Shown here: positions 47,034 to 57,819 of the stretch, one piece after another
Position numbering within the stretch: position 1 is the stretch's first letter
Layout: each line of letters opens with the position of its first letter
DNA from: an uncultured Alphaproteobacteria bacterium
GTDB taxonomy: Bacteria > Pseudomonadota > Alphaproteobacteria > Rhizobiales > Xanthobacteraceae
Assembly: GCA_963820805.1 (NCBI GenBank)
Contig: CAWGBH010000004.1
Location: 3,367-67,366 of the forward strand
Reading direction: 5' to 3'
Length of the DNA stretch: 64,000 nucleotides
Translations under genes and position numbers: made by a program
Notes under the pieces: model-generated
The model's input: only the letters and a program-made list of their open reading frames with translations
Databases searched by the model: none
What the model was told of the DNA's origin: nothing

Positions 47034-47825
47034 ATGTCGCAAACCGACAAAATGCTGTCGCGCAAGGAAGGCAAGGTCGGCTATCTGACCTTCAATAATC
47101 CGGAACGTCACAACGCCGTCTCACTTGAAATGTGGGAAGCGGCGTCGGGTTTTCTCGAAGATTTCAAGAACGACAAGAACATTCGGGTGGTCGTTGTCAC
47201 CGGAGCCGGCGGCAAGGCTTTTATTTCTGGCGCCGATATATCCAAGTTCGAGAAGGAGCGCTCGACCCAGGAAGGCGTCGATCGCTATAACGCTGCGGTC
47301 GATCACGCAAACAACGCCTTCTATACATTTCCGAAGCCGACCATCGCTATGATCCGCGGGTATTGTATCGGCGGCGGCGTCGGGCTGGCTTTGTGCTGCG
47401 ATATGCGCATTTGCACTGAAGGTTCAAAGTTTGCCGTGCCGGCCGCAAAGCTCGGCCTCGGTTACCGCTATGACGGCCTTAAGAAGCTCGTTGATCTGGT
47501 TGGTCCCTCCTTCGCCAAGGAGATTTTCTTTACCGCACGACAGTTCACGGCGGCTGAAGCGCAGATGATGGGGCTGGTCAATCGTGTGGTGCCGGATTCC
47601 GAACTTGAGAACTACGTCAAGGAATATGCCGAGACGATCGCGGTCAACGCGCCGCTGACGGTCGACTCCGTAAAATTTATTGTTGGCCAAGCCGTTACCG
47701 ATGAAAGCAAGCGCAACCTGAAGAAATGCGACGAGTTGGTGCAAGCCTGCTTCGCCAGCAATGATTATAAGGAAGGCCGCAAGGCATTCATGGAGAAACG
47801 AAAGCCGGCGTTCACCGGCGCATAA
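47034..47825 (+). CDS. Enoyl-CoA hydratase/isomerase (crotonase) family protein
   Basis: VGYLTFNNPERHNAVS...VVVTGAGGKAFISGADI...IRGYCIGGGVGLALCCDMR. Confidence 0.9.
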   Translation: MSQTDKMLSRKEGKVGYLTFNNPERHNAVSLEMWEAASGFLEDFKNDKNIRVVVVTGAGGKAFISGADISKFEKERSTQEGVDRYNAAVDHANNAFYTFPKPTIAMIRGYCIGGGVGLALCCDMRICTEGSKFAVPAAKLGLGYRYDGLKKLVDLVGPSFAKEIFFTARQFTAAEAQMMGLVNRVVPDSELENYVKEYAETIAVNAPLTVDSVKFIVGQAVTDESKRNLKKCDELVQACFASNDYKEGRKAFMEKRKPAFTGA

Positions 47826-47875
47826 GCCATACAAAATACAGCCGCGCCAAGCGGCGGGTTCAGGGAGGAAAGCGC

Positions 47876-48935
47876 GTGGCGTCCGTTGAGTTACGAGGTT
47901 TGACCAAGCGATATGGTCACGTCGCGGTGGTCGATGATGTTTCCCTCACCATCGAGCATGGCCATCTGGTCTGTTTGCTGGGTCCTTCGGGTTGCGGCAA
48001 GACGACGACGCTGCGGCTGATCGCCGGTTTCGTCGAACCGGATGAAGGCGAAATTCGCGTCGGCGACAAACTTGTATCCTCGCCGACCGGCACCTTACCG
48101 CCTGAACGGCGTAATATGTCGATGATCTTCCAGAGTTATGCGTTGTGGCCGCATATGACGGTGGCCGAGAACATTATCTACGGCCTGAAGTTACGAAAGT
48201 TGGATCGCGATACTATTGCCAAAAAGCTGAATGCCATTCTGTCAACGACACAACTCGCGGCTGCTGGCACAGCGCTACCCTGGTGAATTGTCGGGTGGTC
48301 AGCAGCAGCGCGTGGCGCTCGCCCGAGCGTTGATCGTCGAGCCGGAGACGCTATTACTCGATGAGCCACTTTCCAATCTCGATGCCAATTTGCGTGAGGA
48401 AATGCGGTTCGAGGTGCGGCGCTTACACGATACGTATCGCTATACGACGGTTTATGTCACTCACGACCAATCAGAGGCGATGACGACCGCCGATCTCATA
48501 TGCGTGATGAATGCGGGGAAAATCGAGCAATCGGGCAGTCCCGAGGAAATCTATGACCGGCCACGTTCGGAATTCGTCGCGCGCTTTATCGGATCGAGTA
48601 ATGTAATTAAAGGCAAAGGCTTGGATGCTTCCCGCGTCGACTTTGCGGGTACTCCGTTGCGATGCGTCGGAGAGAAGATCAAATCTGGCGCGCCAACGCC
48701 GATTTCCGTACGTCCGCACGATATCGTCATTTCCGCATCTCAACGACAAGGCGAAAACATCGTGTCGGCGACAGTGGTGCGGCAGGTCTTTCTCGGGAGC
48801 GGGCGGGATTATATGGTTGAGGCCAAGGACGGCACGCAACTGCGCGTGCTCACGACTGCGGGTGAGAATATTCCGCAAGGTAGCGCCGTCTGGCTGCACT
48901 TACCGCCTGAGCGTTGCCGCGCGCTAAGCGCGTAA
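47876..48935 (+). pseudogene. ABC-transporter ATP-binding protein (PotA/FbpC-type), net +1 frame disruption near 48257-48260
   Basis: Walker A GPSGCGKTT lies in ORF 47876..48286. The signature LSGGQQQRVALARAL, Walker B LLLDEP and the C-terminal OB/TOBE-like part lie in ORF 48231..48935. Confidence 0.85.
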
Positions 48936-48983
48936 AGAATTCGTGGGGGCGAAACAACAAAGAAGTGTATGGAGGATACGTAA

Positions 48984-50051
48984 ATGAAGGGTCCAAGGTT
49001 TTCACGTCGCGACCTGCTCATTGGGTCAAGCGCACTTGCTGTAGGTGCCGGTTTTTCGACCAAGGTGATGTCGGCTGCACCGCCACCGAGCACCATCACG
49101 CCGGCGCTTGTGGAGGCAGCCAAGAAAGAGGGCAAGGTCGTCTGGTACACGTCGGTCGATCTGCCGCTTGCCGAAAAGATCGCCAAATCGTTCGAAGCCA
49201 AATTTCCAGGTGTCGCGGTGCGCGTCGAGCGTTCCGGTGCCGAACGAGTGTTCCAGCGGATCGGTCAGGAGTATGGCAGCAACATCCATGCTTGCGACGT
49301 CGTCAATTCATCGGACGCGGCGCACTCGATCGTCTGGAAGAAGGGCGGATTGCTGGAAGCCTTTGTGCCGGAGGACGTCGCCAAGTTTTATCCGGCCGAA
49401 CACAAAGACGCGGACGGGATGTTCGCGAGCTTCCGGGTCTGGGTGTCAATCATCGCATACAACACCGATTTGGTGAAAAAAGAAGACGCGCCGAAAAGCT
49501 TTGCCGATCTGCTTGATCCGAAGTGGAAAGGCAAGATCGTCAAGGCGCATCCGGGTTATAGCGGCACCATCATGACCGCGACCTATCAGATGCAGCGCGA
49601 TCTCGGGTGGGAGTTCTTCGAGAAGCTTGCTGCGCAGAATATCATGCAGGTCCAGTCATCAGCCGATCCGCCGAAGCGTCTGGCGCTCGGCGAGCGGGCG
49701 GTGATGGCCGATGGCAACGAGTACAATATTTTCCAGATCAGCGAGAAGGGCGGACCGGTTGCGCCGGTCTATGCCACCGAGGGCTCGCCGTTAATCATCG
49801 GCCCCACCGGCATGTTCAAGGCCGCGCCAAATCCGAACGCCGCCAAGCTGTTTACGGCTTACAGTTTCACGCCGGAATGCCAGCAGTTGATCATCGATGT
49901 TGGGGGCTTGCGGTCCATGCACCCACAAACCAAGGAAAAGCCCGGCCGCACCCCGTTTAAGGACATCAAGGTGATGAAGGATGATCCTGCCGCGGTCGAA
50001 AAGATGAGCGACGAGATCAAGCAGCGTTACGTCAAAATCTTCCACGTCTAG
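48984..50051 (+). CDS. ABC-transporter periplasmic substrate-binding protein (family-1 / Fe3+-type fold)
   Basis: Tat-like leader FSRRDLLIGSSALAVGAGFS, then the KVVWYTSVDLPLAEKIAKSFEAKFPGV pattern. Confidence 0.85.
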   Translation: MKGPRFSRRDLLIGSSALAVGAGFSTKVMSAAPPPSTITPALVEAAKKEGKVVWYTSVDLPLAEKIAKSFEAKFPGVAVRVERSGAERVFQRIGQEYGSNIHACDVVNSSDAAHSIVWKKGGLLEAFVPEDVAKFYPAEHKDADGMFASFRVWVSIIAYNTDLVKKEDAPKSFADLLDPKWKGKIVKAHPGYSGTIMTATYQMQRDLGWEFFEKLAAQNIMQVQSSADPPKRLALGERAVMADGNEYNIFQISEKGGPVAPVYATEGSPLIIGPTGMFKAAPNPNAAKLFTAYSFTPECQQLIIDVGGLRSMHPQTKEKPGRTPFKDIKVMKDDPAAVEKMSDEIKQRYVKIFHV

Positions 50052-50101
50052 TCGAGTCATTACGACAGTTGGACGCGGCGGTATGAGCTGCCGCGTCCAC
50101 A

Positions 50102-51829
50102 GTGAAATCTGATGCCATGACCATCGCCTTGCCTGCGCGCGCGGAACGTCGCTTCGGGGTCGACCTCTCGAAGCCCGTACTCTATTCGTTTGCGGTTATT
50201 TTGTGCGCGCTGATCGTGCTGCCGATGTCATGGCTGCTGCTCTACAGCCTGACTGACGCCAAAGGCGCTTTCACGCTCGCTAATTTTTATCGGCTGTTCA
50301 CCGAGTCGTCATTTATCGATCCGCTGATCACCACCTTTATCCTCGCTACGTCATCGGCTGTCATATGTTGCGCTGTAGCGGCCCCGATGGGGTGGCTGGT
50401 AGCGCGCACCGACCTGCCGTTCAGTGGCCTGATCCGCGCCCTGGTCACGGCATCATTCGTGACGCCGCCATTTCTCGGCGCAATTGCCTGGGAGTTGCTG
50501 GCGGCGCCCAATAGCGGTCTCTTGAACAAGCTCGCGCGCGAGTGGTTTGGCATGGCGCCGGATGAGCATCTGTTCAATATCTACACTTTGACCGGCATCA
50601 TCTTCGTCATCTCCTGCTACACGTTTCCATACGTGTTTGTGCTGGTCGCCAATTCACTCGATCGCACGCCAGGTGAACTTGAAGACGCCTCTTCAATTCT
50701 CGGCGGAGGGCGCTGGTACACCGCGCGACGCGTTACTATTCCGCTGGTGATGCCGGCATTGCTTGCCGGTGCGCTGGTGGCCTTCTTGCAGGCAATGACG
50801 TTGTTCGGTTCGCCGGCGATTTTGGCGCTGCCAGCGGGTTTTCACACCATGACCACTAAAATCTGGAGCCTGTTCCAGTTTCCGCCCAAGCCCGAGCTTG
50901 CGGCCGCTGCTTCGCTTCCGCTCCTCGTGCTTACTGTCATTCTTCTGCGCGCTGAGAATATGATTCTTGGGCGCCGCGGCTATTCGGTTGTCGGTGGAAA
51001 ATATGGCGCGCCGCGATTGATCCCGCTGCACCGATGGCGCTGGCCGGCTTTTGCGTTGTGCCTCGTCGTGTTGCTCAACCCGGTATTTTTGCCATATGCC
51101 GCACTGTTCAATGCCGCATTCTCGCCGGTCGCCAGCACCTTATTGACCATCCACAATTTCACGCTGCAGAACATCAATTTCGTTTTGTTTGAATTGTCGG
51201 CAGCATCGCTCGCGCTCAAGAATACTGTGATCCTCGGCACTGCGACGGCCACAATCGGGACTGCAATTGCGCTTGTGATCGCTTATGTCACCGCGCGTCG
51301 GGCGGTTGCAGGCTGGCGCGTCCTCGGCTTCCTCGCCACTGCACCGATTGCCATTCCGGGGATTGTGCTCGGGGTAGGCCTATTTCTGAGCTATACGCGG
51401 CCGCCATTCGTCCTCTATGGCACTTTGTGGATTCTGCTGATCGCGTTCGTAACGATCGCGCTACCGTCGGCCTATCAGCAACTGCAAGCGGCGTTCCGCA
51501 CAATCCATCCGGAACTGGAGGACGCGAGCCGTATTCTCGGAGCTACGCGGCTGCGGTCCCTATGGCAGATCACCGCGCCGCTCTTACGCACCGGTGTGAT
51601 CGCAACATGGTGCTTCGTATTTGTCGGGGTGATGCGCGAATTGTCGGCGGCGATCATTCTCTTTACCTCGGAAACCAAGGTAGTCTCGGTGTTGATCTAC
51701 GATCTCAATGAAAGTGGCGATCTCGGCGCTATTGCGGTAATCGGGCTTGGCATGTTGTTGATCACGTTCGCAGTCGTGATCGCCGTCAATCGAATTCCCG
51801 GCTTCGGAACCGTGCGCTTTCGCACCTGA
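50102..51829 (+). CDS. Fused two-domain ABC-transporter permease
   Basis: 575 aa, about 12 TM, with two EAA-type loops (...LEDASSILGG..., ...LEDASRILGATR...). The start codon is uncertain (GTG 50102 or ATG 50117). Confidence 0.9.
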   Translation: MKSDAMTIALPARAERRFGVDLSKPVLYSFAVILCALIVLPMSWLLLYSLTDAKGAFTLANFYRLFTESSFIDPLITTFILATSSAVICCAVAAPMGWLVARTDLPFSGLIRALVTASFVTPPFLGAIAWELLAAPNSGLLNKLAREWFGMAPDEHLFNIYTLTGIIFVISCYTFPYVFVLVANSLDRTPGELEDASSILGGGRWYTARRVTIPLVMPALLAGALVAFLQAMTLFGSPAILALPAGFHTMTTKIWSLFQFPPKPELAAAASLPLLVLTVILLRAENMILGRRGYSVVGGKYGAPRLIPLHRWRWPAFALCLVVLLNPVFLPYAALFNAAFSPVASTLLTIHNFTLQNINFVLFELSAASLALKNTVILGTATATIGTAIALVIAYVTARRAVAGWRVLGFLATAPIAIPGIVLGVGLFLSYTRPPFVLYGTLWILLIAFVTIALPSAYQQLQAAFRTIHPELEDASRILGATRLRSLWQITAPLLRTGVIATWCFVFVGVMRELSAAIILFTSETKVVSVLIYDLNESGDLGAIAVIGLGMLLITFAVVIAVNRIPGFGTVRFRT

Positions 51830-53208
51830 TGTCCATGACAGCAAAACTTCCCGTCACTGCGGTTGCCGAGGCCCTCGCCGGGCGTATCGCGACGCTTCAT
51901 GCAGACAAGCTGCCACCGGCGGTACGTCAAAAATGCGAGGATCTGCTTATCGACGTTGTCGGGCTCTGCGTCACTGCGCGCAACGAGAACTATATCAAAA
52001 GCGCGCTTGGCGGCTGTGATGACGAGGGCGCCTGCACCGCGATAGGCCATGCGCGCACGTTCAGCGCAGCAAGCGCCGCATTTATCAATGGCACTGCCGC
52101 ACATGGCGAGGATTTCGACGACACCTTTGAGGGCGGTCCGGTTCATGCGGGTGCGGTCATCATCCCGGCCGTGCTGGCGGCCTGCGAACGCCATAAGCCA
52201 GACGGCGGTGCTGCAGTCTTGGGCATTGCGGTTGGCACTGAAGTCATGTGCCGACTTAGTACCGTTACGCCGAAGGCCGTGCATAAGGCCGGTTTCCATC
52301 CGACCGCCATTTTCGGCGTCATGGGGGCGGCGGCCGGCGTCGGCGCTGCATTGGGTCTCAACGCCAAACAGATCGTCGATGCGCTCGGCAATGCGGGAAG
52401 CTTTGCCGGCGGCATCATCGAGTATCTGGCCGAGGGCGCGTGGACGAAGCGACTGCATCCGGGATGGGCTGCACAGTCCGGTATCCGGGCCGCGCTTCTT
52501 GCGCGAGCCGGCTTTCTTGGCCCCCGCACGGTCTTTGAAGGCGTGCATGGGCTGTTCCACGGTTTCGCACACACGACCCAAGGCGACTTCGATGCGCTCA
52601 CTGGTGACTTCGGCGAGCGCTGGGTGATCGAAACGCTGGCGTTCAAACCCTATCCCTGCGGGACCATGGCGCATCCTTACATCGACTGCGCCAAACGGTT
52701 AGCCGCGCGCGGTATCAAACCGGACGATATAAAAGAGCTGATCTGCGAAGTCGGGGAAGGGACTGTTCACCGGCTGTGGGAGCCGCTCGCAGACAAGCAG
52801 CGCCCCCCGAACGGCTATGCGGCGAAATTCTCGACCCCATTTTTACTTGCCACTGGTTTTGTACATGGCGGTGTCGGCCTCGATGCCTTTACGGAAGCCG
52901 CTGTGCACGACAAGACCGTGCTCGCACTGTCGTCAAAGGTCCGTTATGTGATCGACCCTGACAACCCGTATCCCAACAATTTCACCGGCCACATCCGCGC
53001 GGTGCTCAATGACGGCCGTGTCGTCGAAGAGCGCCAACCACATTTCCGCGGCGGTGCGCACGAACCACTTACGCAGGCCGATATCGAGGAAAAATTCTTG
53101 CTCAACGTCCGCCACGGCGGTTGGGATGGAAAACGCGGCGCCGAGGCTCTTAAACGACTAGCGAAACTTTATGACGCAAAGATCGATCTAGCGTTCTTAC
53201 GGGGATAA
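51829..53208 (+). CDS. MmgE/PrpD-family protein
   Basis: The start overlaps the permease stop (TGATG). ...NGTAAHGEDFDDTFEGGPVHAGAVIIPAVLA... is typical of the PrpD fold. Confidence 0.9.
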   Translation: MSMTAKLPVTAVAEALAGRIATLHADKLPPAVRQKCEDLLIDVVGLCVTARNENYIKSALGGCDDEGACTAIGHARTFSAASAAFINGTAAHGEDFDDTFEGGPVHAGAVIIPAVLAACERHKPDGGAAVLGIAVGTEVMCRLSTVTPKAVHKAGFHPTAIFGVMGAAAGVGAALGLNAKQIVDALGNAGSFAGGIIEYLAEGAWTKRLHPGWAAQSGIRAALLARAGFLGPRTVFEGVHGLFHGFAHTTQGDFDALTGDFGERWVIETLAFKPYPCGTMAHPYIDCAKRLAARGIKPDDIKELICEVGEGTVHRLWEPLADKQRPPNGYAAKFSTPFLLATGFVHGGVGLDAFTEAAVHDKTVLALSSKVRYVIDPDNPYPNNFTGHIRAVLNDGRVVEERQPHFRGGAHEPLTQADIEEKFLLNVRHGGWDGKRGAEALKRLAKLYDAKIDLAFLRG

Positions 53209-53217
53209 TTTGGGATC

Positions 53218-53973
53218 ATGGCCGACAGCAAGGAACTTACCGGCAAGGTAGCCATCGTCACAGGCGCGGGGCGCAATATTGGACGGGCAATCGCGCTGAC
53301 ACTCGCGCAGGCGGGCGCCGCTGTCGTCATCAACGTCCGCTCGAACAAGGCGGAGGCTGACGGCGTTGTTCGAGAGATTGAAACGGCCGGCGGCAAGGCT
53401 GTTGCCGTTCTGGGGGATATCGGCGATGAGACGACTTCTGTGGCGCTCGCCGATGCTGCCCTTAAGCACTTTGGCCGAATTGATTTCCTCGTCAACAATG
53501 CGGCGCTCCGTCGTGAAAAGCCAATCGACCAAATGAGCTTCGCCGAATGGCGCGAGGTCATGAGTGTCATTCTGGACGGAACGTTCCGTTGCGTGCATGC
53601 GTGTTTGCCGGCGATGAAGAAGAATGGCGGCGCCATCATCAATATCGGTGGGATGAGCGCACACATCGGCTCAAAAGACCGGGCGCATGTGATCACCGCA
53701 AAGTCCGCACTGGTCGGCTTTTCTCGTGCGCTTGCCCATGATCTTGCCGCCGAAAAGATCACCGCCAATTGTGTGGTGCCGGGGGCAATCGATACAACGC
53801 GGCCTGCTTCGTCGCAAAACCCTGCGCATCACCTGACTCACGGCACGATCACCGGCGAGCGCGGCAAGCCGCAGGACGTGGCGGCAATGGTGCGCTATTT
53901 GTGCGGTCCCGGGGGGCGATACGTCACCGGGCAGACCATTCACATCAGCGGTGGCGCGTATCTCGGTTCATAG
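53218..53973 (+). CDS. SDR-family oxidoreductase (FabG-like)
   Basis: VAIVTGAGRNIGRAIA, NNAA, PGAIDT. The usual YxxxK reads HVITAK, so the catalytic Tyr is not obvious. Confidence 0.85.
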   Translation: MADSKELTGKVAIVTGAGRNIGRAIALTLAQAGAAVVINVRSNKAEADGVVREIETAGGKAVAVLGDIGDETTSVALADAALKHFGRIDFLVNNAALRREKPIDQMSFAEWREVMSVILDGTFRCVHACLPAMKKNGGAIINIGGMSAHIGSKDRAHVITAKSALVGFSRALAHDLAAEKITANCVVPGAIDTTRPASSQNPAHHLTHGTITGERGKPQDVAAMVRYLCGPGGRYVTGQTIHISGGAYLGS

Positions 53974-54060
53974 CGTGCGCGCGGCGGGGCAGGGTGGCCG
54001 CGCCAGCGCTTAAGTGCTAATCCATCGTCCACGACCGTTCCGGGTAACAATGAGGTTCCT

Positions 54061-55488
54061 ATGTATTCCGAGCTAGGTCTTTACATTGACGGCAAATGGC
54101 TCAACGGCGAAGGCCGCAAGGGCGAAGACGTAATTAATCCGGCGACTGGCAAGGTGCTGGCGCATCTGCCGCATGCCAGCAAGAGCGATCTCGATGCCGC
54201 TCTGAGCGCAGCCGAAAAGGGTTTTGCGCTATGGAAGGCAACCTCGGCTTATGACCGCGCCAAGATCATGCGCAAGGCGGCCGAGCTATTGCGCGAGCGC
54301 CACGAACACGTCTCCAAAGTAATGACTCAGGAACAGGGCAAGGTCTATCCGGAGTCTCGCGCTGAGGTGCTTACCAGCGCGGACATCATCGATTGGTACG
54401 CTGAGGAAGGCCGCAGAGCCTACGGCCGCATCGTCCCGGGCCGGCAGAAAGGCGTTCGCCAGATTGTATTGCAGGAACCGGTCGGTGTCGTTGCGGCCTT
54501 CACGCCGTGGAATTTCCCGACGCTGACACCGGTGCGCAAGATCGCGGGTGCTCTCGCCGCGGGGTGTTCGATCATCATCAAGGCTTCGGAAGAAACGCCG
54601 GGCGGCTGCGTCGAGCTTGTCAGGTGCTTTGCCGACGCTGGCTTGCCGGCAGGTGTACTCAATCTCGTGTTCGGAGTGCCTGCCACCGTTTCCGAGCATT
54701 TGATTCCGGCCAAGGCCGTAAAGAAAATTTCATTTACCGGCTCGATTCCGGTGGGCAAACATCTTGCAGCCCTGGCGGCGAAAGGAATGAAGAAAGCGAC
54801 GATGGAGCTCGGCGGCCATTCGCCGGTCGTCGTCTTCGCCGACGCTGACCCTGAAAAGGCGGCCGATACCATTGCGGCGTTCAAATATCGCAACGCCGGG
54901 CAAGTTTGCATTTCGCCGACGCGCTTCTACGTGCAGGAGCAGTCCTACAGCAAATTTCTCGCGCGCTTCACCGAATACGCCAAGGGCATCAAGATGGGCG
55001 ATGGCCTCGAAAAGGGCATGACCATGGGACCCCTCGCCAATCCACGCCGGCTCGACGCCATGGAGTCGTTCGTAAATGACGCGAAAAGTCGCGGCGGCAA
55101 GATTGCGACCGGCGGCTCGCGCCACGGCAATCAAGGCTTCTTCTTTCAGCCGACGGTGATTACCGACGTTCCCGATGATGCCAAGATCATGACAGAAGAG
55201 CCGTTTGGCCCTGTCGCACCGATTGTGCCGTTCAAGACCTTCGACGAAGTGGTTGAGCGCGCGAACTCGCTACCCTTTGGGCTCGCGGCTTATGCGTTCA
55301 CTTCATCGGGCGCAACGGCAACTGCGATCGGGGACTCGATCCAGTCCGGCATGGTTGGCGTGAATAGCATTGCCATCTCCACGCCCGAGACGCCATTCGG
55401 CGGCATCAAGGAATCAGGGTACGGCTCCGAAGGTGGAATGGAAGGTCTGCAGGCCTATCTGAACACGAAGTTCATCTCTCAAGCCTGA
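54061..55488 (+). CDS. NAD(P)-dependent aldehyde dehydrogenase (succinate-semialdehyde-DH-like)
   Basis: FTPWNFP, ELGGHSP, and the catalytic Cys context NAGQVCISPTR. Confidence 0.9.
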   Translation: MYSELGLYIDGKWLNGEGRKGEDVINPATGKVLAHLPHASKSDLDAALSAAEKGFALWKATSAYDRAKIMRKAAELLRERHEHVSKVMTQEQGKVYPESRAEVLTSADIIDWYAEEGRRAYGRIVPGRQKGVRQIVLQEPVGVVAAFTPWNFPTLTPVRKIAGALAAGCSIIIKASEETPGGCVELVRCFADAGLPAGVLNLVFGVPATVSEHLIPAKAVKKISFTGSIPVGKHLAALAAKGMKKATMELGGHSPVVVFADADPEKAADTIAAFKYRNAGQVCISPTRFYVQEQSYSKFLARFTEYAKGIKMGDGLEKGMTMGPLANPRRLDAMESFVNDAKSRGGKIATGGSRHGNQGFFFQPTVITDVPDDAKIMTEEPFGPVAPIVPFKTFDEVVERANSLPFGLAAYAFTSSGATATAIGDSIQSGMVGVNSIAISTPETPFGGIKESGYGSEGGMEGLQAYLNTKFISQA

Positions 55489-55499
55489 GAGAATCTCCG

Positions 55500-57819
55500 T
55501 TACTTTGCGGCCACTGCCTTCTGGCAAGCCTCCCACACCTTCGCGGGCGTGGCTGGCATGTCCATGTGATCGGCCGCACCATTGGGAATTGCATTTGAGA
55601 TTGCGTTCATCACGGCCGCGATTGCGGCCGTGGTCCCGGCCTCGCCGGTGCCTTTGACACCGAGCGGATTGCTCTTGGCCGGCGCCGGGCGCAACGCTTC
55701 GCGCAGTTCGATTGGCATCGTGTGCGCGTGCGGCATGCCGTAATCCATGAAGGATCCGCTCACCAGCTGACCGCTGGTGGAATCATAGATCGCGTTTTCG
55801 ACCAGCGCTTGGCCGAGGCCCTGCGCGAGAGAGCCATGCACCTGTCCCTCGACGATCGTCGTGTCGAGCGGATTGCCGCAATCATCCACCGCCGTGTAGG
55901 TGACGAGATCGACTTGGCCGGTATCGGGATCGATCTCGACTTCGGCGATATGACAGCCGTTGGGGAACGTGAGAGGCGTTTCGGCCTTGTCCTTGGTGTC
56001 AAGACTTCTCGCCCAGTTCTTTGGCCCTCTGCGCAGTCTCGAACAGCGAAATCTTGCGGTCAGTGCCGACCACTTCGAATTGCCCGTTGCGATACTGAAT
56101 ATCCTGCTCGGACGCCTCTAGCAGCGCTGACGCGACCTTCCTGCCCTTGGCCAGCATCACGTCGGCCGTGTGTACGATGGCGTTGCCCGCGCACATCGCG
56201 GAGCGTGAGCCGACCGACGCGTTGCCGGTTAACCCCAGCGCGGTATCGCCGTGCCGGTGCTCGATTTTGGCGGCGTCGATACCGAGTTTGTTTGCGAGCA
56301 GTCGCCCGAACACGGTGGCGTGGCTCTGTCCCGTCGATTGGACGTTGCAGCCGAGGATAAGCTTCTCACCGTCAGGAAATGCCACCGACGCCATCTCCAT
56401 CGGCGTTGCACCGGAATGCTCCAACATGCAGGAGATCCCGATGCCGCGGAATTTTTTACGGCGCGCTGCCTCACGCTTACGTTTGTTGAAATTGGCGTAA
56501 TCGGATAGCTCCAGGGCCTGTTCAACAATGCCGGGGAAATCGCCGCTGTCGTAGGTGTTGATCGGTGTTTTGAACGGCATGGCCGATGTCGGAATGAGGT
56601 TTTTCTTGCGCAACCGCAACGGGTCGATGCCGGTCACGCGCGCGGCTTCCTCGACTACCCGCTCCAGTGCGTAATTCGCTTCAGGCCGCCCCGCGCCGCG
56701 ATAGGGCGCAATGGGAACCCGGTTGCTGAAATAGCACGCGACCGACACGGCGACTTTGGGAATTCGGTACATTCCGGGCAGACAGCGTGCGAAATTGTTG
56801 GTGTTGATGTTGACGCCGGCGTTGGCGACATAGGCGCCCTGATTGCACATATGTCGCACGCGCAACGCGATAAATTTGCCCTTATCGTCGAGGGCTAATT
56901 CGGCCTCGGTAATTGTGTCGCGTGCTTGCGCGTCGCTAATGAAAGCCTCCGATCGCGTCGATTGCCAGTGCACTGGCCGGCTAGTTTTGCGCGCGGCCAC
57001 CAGCAGCGCAACGTATTCGGGATAGACCGTTGTCTTCATTCCGAAGCCGCCGCCAACATCGTCGGTGATGACTCGCAGTTTTTCGTTCGGCACGCCCATG
57101 ATGGAAGCCGCCTGGCTGCGCAAGGCATCGGCGCTCTGGGAACAGGCACGCAGCGTGTAGCTCTCCGTTGCGGGGTCGTACTGGCCGGTGGCGCCGCGCG
57201 TCTCAAGCGAGGCCACCACCATGCGCTGGTTTACGACGCGAACGCGTGCGACGTGCGGCGCATCCTTGATGATCTGTGCGACCTCGCGCTCGTTCTCTTC
57301 GCTCGGCACCGGCCCCGGCCAGTCGACGCAGAGATTGCCGGGCGCATCGGGAAATAACTGTGTTGCAGCCTTCATCGCCGTGTCGAGATCGACGACCGGC
57401 GTCAACTCCTCGTACTCGACCTGGATGAGGTCAACGGCATCCTGAGCTGCGCCGTTAGTCTCGGCGACCACCATCGCGACCAGGTCACCGACATGCATAG
57501 TCGTCTCGGCGAGCACCGGGCGGAAAGGCATGGCCATCTTGGCACCACCGCGTCCGCCGACTGGTGGATGGCGTGCGATGCTGCCAATGCCGGCTGCCTT
57601 GATGTCCTCGGCGGTGAGCACCGTCAGCACGCCTTTGGCTTTGCGCGCATGATCCGCGTTGACTGATACGACCCGCGCATGTGCGTGCGGCGAGCGCACA
57701 AAGGCGGCGTAGGCGGTGTTAGGCAAGCGCGGGTCGTCCATGAAACGGCCGCCGCCGCGTACGAGTGCATCGTCTTCGACGCGTAGCGTGTGCTTTGGGC
57801 GGGTAAGGCTGGCTGTCAT
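55500..57819 (-). pseudogene. Molybdopterin-binding large subunit of the xanthine-DH/CO-DH (CoxL-like) family, net +1 frame disruption near 56000-56008
   Basis: ORF 55999..57921 carries the N-terminal and Mo-pterin domains. LDTKDKAETPLTFPNGCHIAEVEIDPDTGQVDLV..DDCGNPLDTTIVEGQVHG continues in the frame of ORF 55500..55889. No small or medium subunit genes are adjacent. Confidence 0.85.
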
